DNA of 43,782 nucleotides from Bacteroidia bacterium (GTDB lineage Bacteria; Bacteroidota; Bacteroidia; AKYH767-A; OLB10). Location: assembly GCA_035275625.1 (NCBI GenBank), contig DATEMK010000066.1, positions 1 through 43,782 of the forward strand, written 5' to 3'. Both the position numbers and the translations under genes were made by a program. The notes under the pieces were generated by a model, which worked only from the letters and a program-made list of their open reading frames with translations, was not told the DNA's origin and did no database searches. Position 1 is the first letter of the stretch. Each line of letters starts with the position of its first letter. Below are positions 35,936 to 42,822 of the stretch, piece after piece.

Positions 35936-36844
35936 TTATGCAGTTTTTAAATTTTTAACTTGATTATATCTCTCTTTTGCTGCTTTAATAAAGTCAGCAT
36001 TTTCAATTACGTAAATGGGAAGCGTTTCTTTCAGCAAGGTCAAATCTTCAACGCTGTCACATTTGGCGAGCTTATCTATGGCTGTTACAACCTCCGCCTT
36101 TACATCCAAACCTGATTCACACCATTGAAGAATATTCTGTCCGGTTTTCTCAGAAGGTACGAAACCACCAGAGGCAAAAAGTCCGGAACGGTCTTTCATC
36201 GCGGTTGCATAGTGATTCAGGTTAAGATCAAAATGAATCGTGAATTCATAGTCAACACCTTCACGTTGGATGGGTGCCATGCCTACTTTTTTTGGAACTT
36301 GAATTATCTTGCCATTTTTCTCAATGGATTCCAGAACATAATCCACCTTGCTTCGCATACATCCAATGATGTGGCATTTGCTTGAAAGCATTGCCTCAAT
36401 AAATTTGTTGTGCCGAGGTGTCGCTTCACTCCATCCATTAGTAAATGCATTCTTGCTGTTTGATGAAGCTTTGAGAGTATCTACCAACTCCATCACTCCA
36501 CCGCTGCCGTTCCACTCATGTGAAATGGAATCAATAATTATTACTTCAATTCCTTCGACTTCACATTCCTTAATCGCCTCGATATAACGCTCAGGCGAGT
36601 ATGGTTTTTCCAATGGAAGTACCTGGAACTCTCCAATTGTAAATTTTCTTCCATCACTTTCTAAGGTGTGGTTTGCATAAAGATCAGCTGAGTTGTTTTC
36701 TGTATCAATCAAAGCGATCTTATTCCAGTCTTGTGTAAGACCGTAAGCAATCAGCAATGCTGATGCTGTTTTTCCGCTTCCGGCAGGTCCGGAAAGTCCT
36801 AATCTGATTTTTGCTTTTTGCCGTGTGGCTTTTCTGAGTGTCAT
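35936..36844 (-). CDS. Sak4-like RecA-fold ATPase (AAA_24 type, single-strand annealing or recombination)
   Basis: Walker A LSGPAGSGKTASAL and Walker B VIIIDSISHEW, with typical size and context. Confidence 0.75.
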   Translation of the reverse strand: MTLRKATRQKAKIRLGLSGPAGSGKTASALLIAYGLTQDWNKIALIDTENNSADLYANHTLESDGRKFTIGEFQVLPLEKPYSPERYIEAIKECEVEGIEVIIIDSISHEWNGSGGVMELVDTLKASSNSKNAFTNGWSEATPRHNKFIEAMLSSKCHIIGCMRSKVDYVLESIEKNGKIIQVPKKVGMAPIQREGVDYEFTIHFDLNLNHYATAMKDRSGLFASGGFVPSEKTGQNILQWCESGLDVKAEVVTAIDKLAKCDSVEDLTLLKETLPIYVIENADFIKAAKERYNQVKNLKTA

Positions 36845-36899
36845 TGATTTGTGTTTTAAAGTTTAACTATATTTGCAGTTCATTGAAATGTGTCTTTTC

Positions 36900-36926
36900 A
36901 AACCCGGTATTCGCTGTACCGGGTTT
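36900..36926. terminator. Perfect 10-bp stem-loop between two early transcription units
   Basis: AAACCCGGTA-TTCGCTG-TACCGGGTTT, 11 nt after the stop of the 36938..38215 gene. The T-rich tract is on the plus strand only. Confidence 0.4.
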
Positions 36927-36937
36927 CTTATTTAGAA

Positions 36938-38215
36938 TTAAATCGCTATTTCGTTTTTCTCAAGAAGCGTTTTGGTGAACAGGTTTATAAAATGCGTCTG
37001 GAACTGTCGGGAACAATCCACAAAGCCTGTGTTGAAATGTTCAGCTTCTTCTACTATCGTGCAGATGATTTCGAACATTGATTTATTCATCAACTGTTCG
37101 CTCATTAAAATTTCTTTTTTGTCGAGGTGGATTTGTGCGAAAATGGTTTTGTCTCCGAAAATGCCGTAGATAAATTTGAGTTCAGGGTTGATGAAATAAC
37201 CACATGATTCCAGTGTTGCTAATGCGGATTTTATTTTCAATTCGAGTTCAGGAAGAAATATTTCAAAAAACTCATTCACCTTGTCGGCTACTCTTACTGC
37301 GCTGATCCCCTTGAATTGTGCATTGAGAGAAATGAAAAGATTCTTTGGGACTATAACAACACCGGATAAATCAATCGGCAGTTCCCTTGCCTTAATGTCA
37401 TTGACTAACCTCTCGTGGATAATCTTAGCATTGCCCAGGGCTTCGCTCCAACTGTCGGAATATTTTGTACTCATCCATGAATAGTCCATCGAACCCTCAT
37501 AGTGATCTTCCTTCATTGTTGAAAGAGCATACTCCGCTACTTTTTTATCTGCATTAGTCAGGCACTTGGTGATGTCCCAATCCAACAGCCCTGTGTATTC
37601 ACGCAGCTCGTTTATAGAGGCGTTCTTTATGTCATACCTAAACAGAGCCGGTTTTTCATCATTCTCTTTTATAAGAACTCCCTGCTTGTAAATCCGTAAT
37701 GATTTGCCACCGCTGTAAATGGAAAAATCCGGACAGTCATACATCGGGGTTTCTCCGTGAATAAAATAGTTACCCCATTTATCGTGAACCTGTTTGATCT
37801 CTGTAACAAACTGAATGTAAAAAGTGGTGGCGCCTTCTGTTCCTGAAACTGTTTCCGTTACTTCTTTCTGTGCTTCACCTTCGTCCAGTGCGTTACACCA
37901 TAGCTCACGAATGATCATCCACGCTTTCCAGTCGAATCCCATTTTGTCGGTGATGGAGCTGCGTTCACCTTCTATATAAATAATCCGGAACTCCTGTTCA
38001 CGGATCAGTTCGGTTTTAGTTGTCATGGAAATTTCTTTCTCACCGACAAATATTTTGAAGTCAATGTTGTTGCGTACAAGGTAAGCAAGTACATATTTCA
38101 ACCCTGTGCCGAATTGCCCGATTTTAAAATCATCGTCACGCTTTGTTGTACCTCCCATGAGCGACACCAACCGTATGTCGAGGAGTCCTTTGTTCTGAAT
38201 TTTTAGATATTTCAT
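36938..38215 (-). CDS. Uncharacterised 425-aa protein with GHKL-ATPase-like motifs in reversed order
   Basis: KIGQFGTGLKYVLAYLV (like the Hsp90/MORC G2 box IGQFGVGFYSAYLV) at residues 31-47, and RELWCNALDEG (N-box-like) at residues 103-113. Confidence 0.45.
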   Translation of the reverse strand: MKYLKIQNKGLLDIRLVSLMGGTTKRDDDFKIGQFGTGLKYVLAYLVRNNIDFKIFVGEKEISMTTKTELIREQEFRIIYIEGERSSITDKMGFDWKAWMIIRELWCNALDEGEAQKEVTETVSGTEGATTFYIQFVTEIKQVHDKWGNYFIHGETPMYDCPDFSIYSGGKSLRIYKQGVLIKENDEKPALFRYDIKNASINELREYTGLLDWDITKCLTNADKKVAEYALSTMKEDHYEGSMDYSWMSTKYSDSWSEALGNAKIIHERLVNDIKARELPIDLSGVVIVPKNLFISLNAQFKGISAVRVADKVNEFFEIFLPELELKIKSALATLESCGYFINPELKFIYGIFGDKTIFAQIHLDKKEILMSEQLMNKSMFEIICTIVEEAEHFNTGFVDCSRQFQTHFINLFTKTLLEKNEIAI

Positions 38216-38242
38216 TGAGTGTGTTTATTTATGCAGTTTGAA

Positions 38243-38599
38243 TTATTGATGTTGCCTGAAAACTGATTCGCTGTCAAATTCTCCGGAACCAAAAGTTGGA
38301 GAGGAGGTTTTATTCAGCAGGTGCATTTCAACTAAACAGTCTGCCTTAACGCTGAACGTGTTGACGGCATCCAACCATTCGTCCTCAGTAATTTCAATTC
38401 CCTTTTCAACTACGGGTTTGATTTCTGATTCTGAGCATTCATTCCAAAATGTACAATGATTGTGGCTAAGGAGTACTTGAACCATTTGCTTTTCACTTGT
38501 AACTTTGTAAAAACTGGAACCGGTCTTGAAGAAAGCCGGAAGATTAATTGTAACCGTTTTGCTGACGGTCTTTTCTTTTTTGATTGTGATTGTGTTCAT
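38243..38599 (-). CDS. Hypothetical early protein
   Basis: 118-aa ORF. Confidence 0.5.
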   Translation of the reverse strand: MNTITIKKEKTVSKTVTINLPAFFKTGSSFYKVTSEKQMVQVLLSHNHCTFWNECSESEIKPVVEKGIEITEDEWLDAVNTFSVKADCLVEMHLLNKTSSPTFGSGEFDSESVFRQHQ

Positions 38600-38682
38600 G
38601 ATTTAACGAGATTTATAATTAGAATTATTAGAGTGATCATCCAAATAAGTCCGGCAATTGCCAGGAACTTTGTTCGTTTCAT
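38596..38682 (-). CDS. 28-aa hydrophobic micro-protein
   Basis: MKRTKFLAIAGLIWMITLIILIINLVKS, with ATGA overlaps at both ends. Confidence 0.4.
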   Translation of the reverse strand: MKRTKFLAIAGLIWMITLIILIINLVKS

Positions 38683-38858
38683 TTGCTGAAAAAACCGAAG
38701 CTTCCCATGATTGCGCAAAACATCATTATTCCAATTCCAATGAGTACAAGCCTCATGGCAGTTTTGTTTTTAATGTCATCCGGCAGGTAATAACTGTCCG
38801 GAATGTTGTTTTCGTAAACCGTGTCGAGGTCGTCCTCGTGTAAATACTTTTTGTTCAT
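38679..38858 (-). CDS. 59-aa protein with a C-terminal transmembrane helix
   Basis: ...MRLVLIGIGIMMFCAIMGSFGFFSK, with ATGA overlaps at both ends. It is just below the track cutoff. Confidence 0.45.
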   Translation of the reverse strand: MNKKYLHEDDLDTVYENNIPDSYYLPDDIKNKTAMRLVLIGIGIMMFCAIMGSFGFFSK

Positions 38859-39067
38859 TGGTGTGATTTTATTAAAGTGTTTATATATGATCTGATGGCG
38901 ATGTTCATTACTTTCAAATCGGTGATGCGCTGTTGAATTGTTTTTGCCAGGAATATTTTTCCTTCATCCTTATGATGGTTTTTGAGAACACGCAAACCGT
39001 GAATCAGGTTTTCGTTTCTGTCAATGGTTGTGTTGCCGATCTCCACCATTACCGGTTCTGTTTTCAT
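38855..39067 (-). CDS. Hypothetical early protein
   Basis: 70-aa ORF, coupled. Confidence 0.45.
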   Translation of the reverse strand: MKTEPVMVEIGNTTIDRNENLIHGLRVLKNHHKDEGKIFLAKTIQQRITDLKVMNIAIRSYINTLIKSHQ

Positions 39068-39405
39068 GCTGTTATTATTGATGGTTGTAATAATTCGATT
39101 GATTCTTTAATGGCCACTTTCACTTCATCGCTGAGTAACTCTGTCACCTCCTCGATTCGGTCGTATATATCATAATTGAGAAGCTTTATTATGCACTCAA
39201 TTATTTCGTTGTTGTGGTCTTCCTGATACCCGAGCTCGTTATATTCATATTCGGAAACACTCAGGTCGTTATGCTCCAAACCTTCACCCATATAGTAGCG
39301 TTGTGAAAAAATAAGATCAGTTAGCTCCTGCAGTTTAATCAGGTCATTGCGCTGTTCAACCGTTAGCCGGTTGTGGTGTTTACATAAACAATGTTTGAGG
39401 TTCAT
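39064..39405 (-). CDS. Hypothetical acidic early protein
   Basis: 113-aa ORF, coupled. Confidence 0.5.
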   Translation of the reverse strand: MNLKHCLCKHHNRLTVEQRNDLIKLQELTDLIFSQRYYMGEGLEHNDLSVSEYEYNELGYQEDHNNEIIECIIKLLNYDIYDRIEEVTELLSDEVKVAIKESIELLQPSIITA

Positions 39406-39572
39406 TTTATTCTCAGTATTGATTTGCGAATGTTGTAGCGTTGCTCCTGTCTCCTGTATGCTCTTGACTTTGGAGCCTGAACTTTTGAATCAGTCAAATT
39501 CTGTTGCAGGATTTTTCTTTCCAGCCGTTGAATTCGCTTTTCCAAACTTTCTATTTTCTGATCAGGTGTCAT
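39402..39572 (-). CDS. 56-aa basic coiled-coil protein absent from the ORF track
   Basis: MTPDQKIESLEKRIQRLERKILQQNL...RRQEQRYNIRKSILRIK, with ATGA overlaps to both neighbours. Confidence 0.45.
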   Translation of the reverse strand: MTPDQKIESLEKRIQRLERKILQQNLTDSKVQAPKSRAYRRQEQRYNIRKSILRIK

Positions 39573-39790
39573 GATTTGTGAGCTGGAACTGATTCAGTTA
39601 AAATTTCTGCATCGGTAAGTCCGGTTTCCTCACGGATTATTTTGAGTATAGAGGCTTTTGTTAAATCATCTGTGTTTTCCTTAATCCACCTACGGACGGC
39701 AGATTCTGAACACTCCTGATCCAATGCAATGAGGTTTCTGATTCGGGAATTTCCCTCAATCAGGTCTAAACATTTTTTTGTGAGTTCCAT
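39569..39790 (-). CDS. Cro-like or early regulator HTH protein
   Basis: First gene of the leftward early operon, divergent from the repressor. ...CSESAVRRWIKENTDDL looks like an HTH. The start is placed at MELTKK (39790), downstream of a TATATTTG box. Confidence 0.55.
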   Translation of the reverse strand: MELTKKCLDLIEGNSRIRNLIALDQECSESAVRRWIKENTDDLTKASILKIIREETGLTDAEILTESVPAHKS

Positions 39791-39900
39791 TTTTTGTTGT
39801 ATTATTGTTTCTAAATACGGTGCAAATATAAACAAAGTTTCAATAATAGAAACATTTTTGAAACTTTATTTAGAAAAAGTTATGAACAGGTCAAATAATT
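39791..39900. promoter_or_regulatory. Divergent lysis/lysogeny switch region with operator-like inverted repeats
   Basis: Four GTTTC/GAAAC half-sites form nested inverted repeats: 39806-13 with 39847-54, and 39834-42 with 39859-67. A minus-strand TATATTTG (-7 box TAnnTTTG) lies at 39823-30. Confidence 0.6.
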
Positions 39901-40524
39901 ATGGATCAAAACGATAAAGTATTCATGGAAGAAATCGAGTATTTGAAATCGTTACGGATTATAAAAAGAGACTCTGAAATTGTGAAAAGCACAGGCTACA
40001 GCAAGGGACTTGTATCTAATTATATCAATGGTAAGATTCCAATCAGCGAAGCTTTCAAAGAAAAATTCTACGAGGTTTACGGGGAACACTTGCCTAAGAA
40101 CAAAGTTTCAGATGTTGAAACTAAGTCGCAAGGCGGAAATATCATCCACGTTCCGTTAATTGCTTATGGTGGTTTTTTGCAGGGTTACGCAAACAAAGTT
40201 TTTATGGATTCTCTTCAAAGATTTTCGCTCCCTGGTGTTAATGGAGAGCATTACGCTTTTGAAGTTGATGGGATGAGCATGTTTGATTTGGCTGCGCCTG
40301 GCGACACTGCAATAGCCAGACTGGAAGAAAAAGTTGACTGGATGATTAAAGGAAAACCGTATGTATTGCAAACCATTGATGGCCTACTGATAAAACTTTA
40401 TGATGGAATTAAAGGGGAGAAATGGATATTCAAATCCTACAACCCGGAGTACAAACCAATCGAAATTCCATTGAGGAACCTGAAAAGAGTTTACTTTGTC
40501 ACTCGAATTTTAAAAAAAGTATAA
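39901..40524 (+). CDS. cI-like repressor (HTH plus S24 LexA-like autopeptidase)
   Basis: N-terminal HTH (STGYSKGLVSNYINGK). C-terminus FEVDGMSMFDLAAPGDTAIA...LLIKLYD carries the S24 Ser/Lys dyad pattern. Confidence 0.8.
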   Translation: MDQNDKVFMEEIEYLKSLRIIKRDSEIVKSTGYSKGLVSNYINGKIPISEAFKEKFYEVYGEHLPKNKVSDVETKSQGGNIIHVPLIAYGGFLQGYANKVFMDSLQRFSLPGVNGEHYAFEVDGMSMFDLAAPGDTAIARLEEKVDWMIKGKPYVLQTIDGLLIKLYDGIKGEKWIFKSYNPEYKPIEIPLRNLKRVYFVTRILKKV

Positions 40525-40525
40525 C

Positions 40526-41047
40526 ATGAAAAAATTATTAACAATCCTGTTTCTGACCACATGGTTACAAATCAATGCACAAACAACCCTTCCTACTGAT
40601 TCTGCAACCGGCAGGATTACTTTCACTGAAGTTGTAAAAGTTGATTCGACAGCTGCAAGTGAACTTTATTCCAGAGCAAAGATTTGGTTTGGTGAAACTT
40701 TCAACTCCGCACAATCTGTTATTCAAACTGATGATGCTAATTCAAAAACAATTGTTGGCAAAGGCGGAGCCGTTTATTATATGAATGGCCTGACTGGTGA
40801 AAAATTTAATGCCGGCACAATTCATTATATGATTAAGGTGGAGGCGAAAGACAACCGCTATAAATATACAATTACTGACTTCGATGTTCAAACAAAGTAT
40901 GCAAGTTCTACTGTGGAGGATTACAACAATACAAAAAAGCAGAAGCAGAAATTGTATGACCAGGTGCAAACTATTGGTGATGGACTTTCAACCAGCTTGA
41001 AAAATTCGTTATCAAAAACATCTTCATCGGCAAAATCAAATTGGTAA
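40526..41047 (+). CDS. Secreted DUF4468-like protein (lysogeny-expressed cargo)
   Basis: Signal peptide MKKLLTILFLTTWLQINAQ. GRITFTEVVKVD...ELYSRAKIWFGETF...YKYTITDF matches the DUF4468 pattern. Confidence 0.6.
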   Translation: MKKLLTILFLTTWLQINAQTTLPTDSATGRITFTEVVKVDSTAASELYSRAKIWFGETFNSAQSVIQTDDANSKTIVGKGGAVYYMNGLTGEKFNAGTIHYMIKVEAKDNRYKYTITDFDVQTKYASSTVEDYNNTKKQKQKLYDQVQTIGDGLSTSLKNSLSKTSSSAKSNW

Positions 41048-41398
41048 ATGAATCAGGATCATCAGGAGGAAATAACCAGGCGAATGGTTGAAGCTGCAAA
41101 GCATGTGATCAGCGTCAACAAAAAAATAACGGACATGAAAGCATTCGCGGAAACAATTGGTTCCGGACCGGTGCAGGCATCCCGGTGGATCAGTGGCAAG
41201 GGAAGCGTAACACTTAATGATGTGGTGAATGCAAGTACAATTTTCGGGATCTCTTTGGAGTGGTTATGCCTGGGAATAGGCGAGATGTATCTGAGCCGGT
41301 TGCAGCAAATGGAAAACAGAATTGCAGTGCTCGAAAAGTCCGTAAAAAAGTCAGTAAGGATTAATAAAAATTCAGCCGTTCGAATCAAAACAGCTTAA
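41048..41398 (+). CDS. XRE/CI-type HTH protein
   Basis: AFAETIGSGPVQASRWISGKGSVTLNDVVNASTIFGISLEWLCLGIGEM. The start directly abuts the upstream stop. Confidence 0.6.
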   Translation: MNQDHQEEITRRMVEAAKHVISVNKKITDMKAFAETIGSGPVQASRWISGKGSVTLNDVVNASTIFGISLEWLCLGIGEMYLSRLQQMENRIAVLEKSVKKSVRINKNSAVRIKTA

Positions 41399-41445
41399 AA
41401 AGAAGTATTAAAAATCAATCAATTATAAAATGAAAAACGCCCTGA

Positions 41446-41466
41446 TCGAATCTCGCCCAGGGCACT
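41446..41466 (+). other. Candidate attR core: a degenerate copy of a tRNA 3' end (T-loop to discriminator)
   Basis: TCGAATCTCGCCCAGGGCACT versus the tRNA-Leu 3' end TCGAGTCTCCTCTCGGGCACT (41603..41623). The flanks are also similar (CTAAA...GGTTTAARGTTTAAAGTT). Confidence 0.5.
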
Positions 41467-41537
41467 AAAAATGGTTTAAGGTTTAAAGTTTGAAGTTTAA
41501 GGTTGGCTGATGCGATGATGAACCTTAAACTTCGATT

Positions 41538-41621
41538 GCCCGGGTGGCGAAATTGGCAGACGCGCAGGTCTCAGAAGCCTGTGGGGTAACACCTTTAGGA
41601 GTTCGAGTCTCCTCTCGGGCA
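41538..41621 (+). tRNA. tRNA-Leu (anticodon CAG)
   Basis: Folded by hand. Acceptor GCCCGGG/CTCGGGC (one G:U pair); anticodon stem CAGGT/GCCTG with loop CTCAGAA; long variable arm; T-arm AGGAG-TTCGAGT-CTCCT; discriminator A. No encoded CCA. Confidence 0.9.
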
Positions 41622-41632
41622 CTAAATAAAAT

Positions 41633-41685
41633 AGGTTTAAAGTTTAAAGTTCTTTCTATTACCCTTAACTTTAAACTTTAAACCT
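41633..41685 (+). terminator. 19-bp perfect inverted repeat (hairpin) between the tRNA and aroC
   Basis: AGGTTTAAAGTTTAAAGTT (41633-51) pairs with AACTTTAAACTTTAAACCT (41667-85), with a 15-nt loop. It is AT-rich and built from GTTTAAR heptamers. Confidence 0.45.
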
Positions 41686-41697
41686 TAAACCTCATAA

Positions 41698-42777
41698 ATG
41701 CCCGGCAACACTTTTGGTCAACGCTTCCGCATTACCACTTTTGGCGAGTCGCATGGCGAAATGATCGGAGTTATTATTGACGGATGTCCTGCCGGATTGG
41801 AAATTGATTTTGATTTTGTCCAAAAAGAATTGGATCGCAGAAAACCGGGGCAATCATCTATTACTACTCAACGAAAAGAAAGTGATACGGCAAAATTTGT
41901 ATCCGGAATTTTTAATGGAAAAACAACAGGCGCTCCCATTGCAGCCATTATTCCGAATGAAGATGCCCGTGAAAAAGATTATGAACATCTGAAAAATACT
42001 TTTCGCCCGTCTCATGCAGACTACGTTTATGAGATGAAATACGGCATCCGGGATTATCGCGGAGGAGGGCGTTCTTCCGCACGCGAAACTGCCGCTAGAG
42101 TTGTTGCAGGAGCGATTGCAAAAGTTCTTTTGAAAAAATATGGAATAACAATTACTGCTTATGTTTCAAAAGCGGGAGAAATCGTTTTGCAAAAAAATTA
42201 TACAGAATTGAATTTGGAGGATGCAGAAAAAAATATAGTCCGCTGCCCGGATGAAACAACTGCTCAAAAAATGATTGAACTTATTGAGAAAACAAGAATT
42301 GAAGGTGATTCAATCGGGGGAATAATTTCATGCGTTATAAAAAATTCTCCTGCGGGATTGGGTGAACCTGTATTTGACAAGCTGCATGCTGATTTGGGAA
42401 AAGCAATGCTGAGCATTAATGCTGTTCAGGGGTTTGAATACGGGAGTGGTTTTGACGGTGCAGAAAAAAAGGGATCCCTGAATAATGATGAGTTTTTAAA
42501 TAAAGACGGAAAAATAATCACAAAAACAAATTTCTCCGGAGGCATCCAGGGAGGAATCAGTAATGGAATGGATATCTATTTCAACGTTGCTTTCAAACCG
42601 GTTGCAACAATAATAAAAGCACAGAAAAGTGTAAATAAACAGGGAGAAGAAATAACTCTTGAAGCAAAAGGCCGCCATGATCCCTGTGTGCTGCCGCGTG
42701 CTGTCCCGATTGTTGAAGCAATGGCTGCAATTGTTTTAGCAGATCATTTATTAAGGAATAGAAATTCAAAAGTCTGA
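41698..42777 (+). CDS. aroC: Chorismate synthase
   Basis: [20 protein letters not shown]..., RPSHADY..., [11 protein letters not shown]..., GRHDPCV: all canonical AroC motifs. Confidence 0.95.
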   Translation: MPGNTFGQRFRITTFGESHGEMIGVIIDGCPAGLEIDFDFVQKELDRRKPGQSSITTQRKESDTAKFVSGIFNGKTTGAPIAAIIPNEDAREKDYEHLKNTFRPSHADYVYEMKYGIRDYRGGGRSSARETAARVVAGAIAKVLLKKYGITITAYVSKAGEIVLQKNYTELNLEDAEKNIVRCPDETTAQKMIELIEKTRIEGDSIGGIISCVIKNSPAGLGEPVFDKLHADLGKAMLSINAVQGFEYGSGFDGAEKKGSLNNDEFLNKDGKIITKTNFSGGIQGGISNGMDIYFNVAFKPVATIIKAQKSVNKQGEEITLEAKGRHDPCVLPRAVPIVEAMAAIVLADHLLRNRNSKV

Positions 42778-42822
42778 CAAAACATTAATGACTAATTTTG
42801 CTTTTTACATTTTTGAAATGTC

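Larger units (their letters stand above)
1..41466. mobile_element. Prophage of a temperate tailed (siphovirus-like) phage; left end truncated by the window, right end at a tRNA-3'-like att repeat
   Basis: Contiguous minus-strand operons with terminase, tape measure, HK97-fold capsid, portal-like and tail fibre genes. cI/cro-type divergent switch at 39.8 kb. Host housekeeping genes (tRNA-Leu, aroC) begin immediately to the right. Confidence 0.85.

Noticed and set aside
36868-36875. Plus-strand TATATTTG as an antisense promoter facing the 36938..38215 gene
   Set aside because: It is a single octamer match in AT-rich spacer DNA. The only downstream plus-strand ORF (36890..37081) is an implausible shadow ORF.
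41062-41388. Minus-strand 108-aa ORF
   Set aside because: It is a shadow of the plus-strand HTH gene 41048..41398, which has a clear XRE/CI-type motif and operon context.
1-41466. Search for integrase, excisionase, holin/endolysin, reverse transcriptase (DGR/retron), cas genes or toxin domains
   Set aside because: No ORF showed the corresponding motifs: no R..H..R..Y integrase tetrad, no YxDD, no lysozyme or amidase signatures. The integrase and lysis genes are presumed to lie left of the window.
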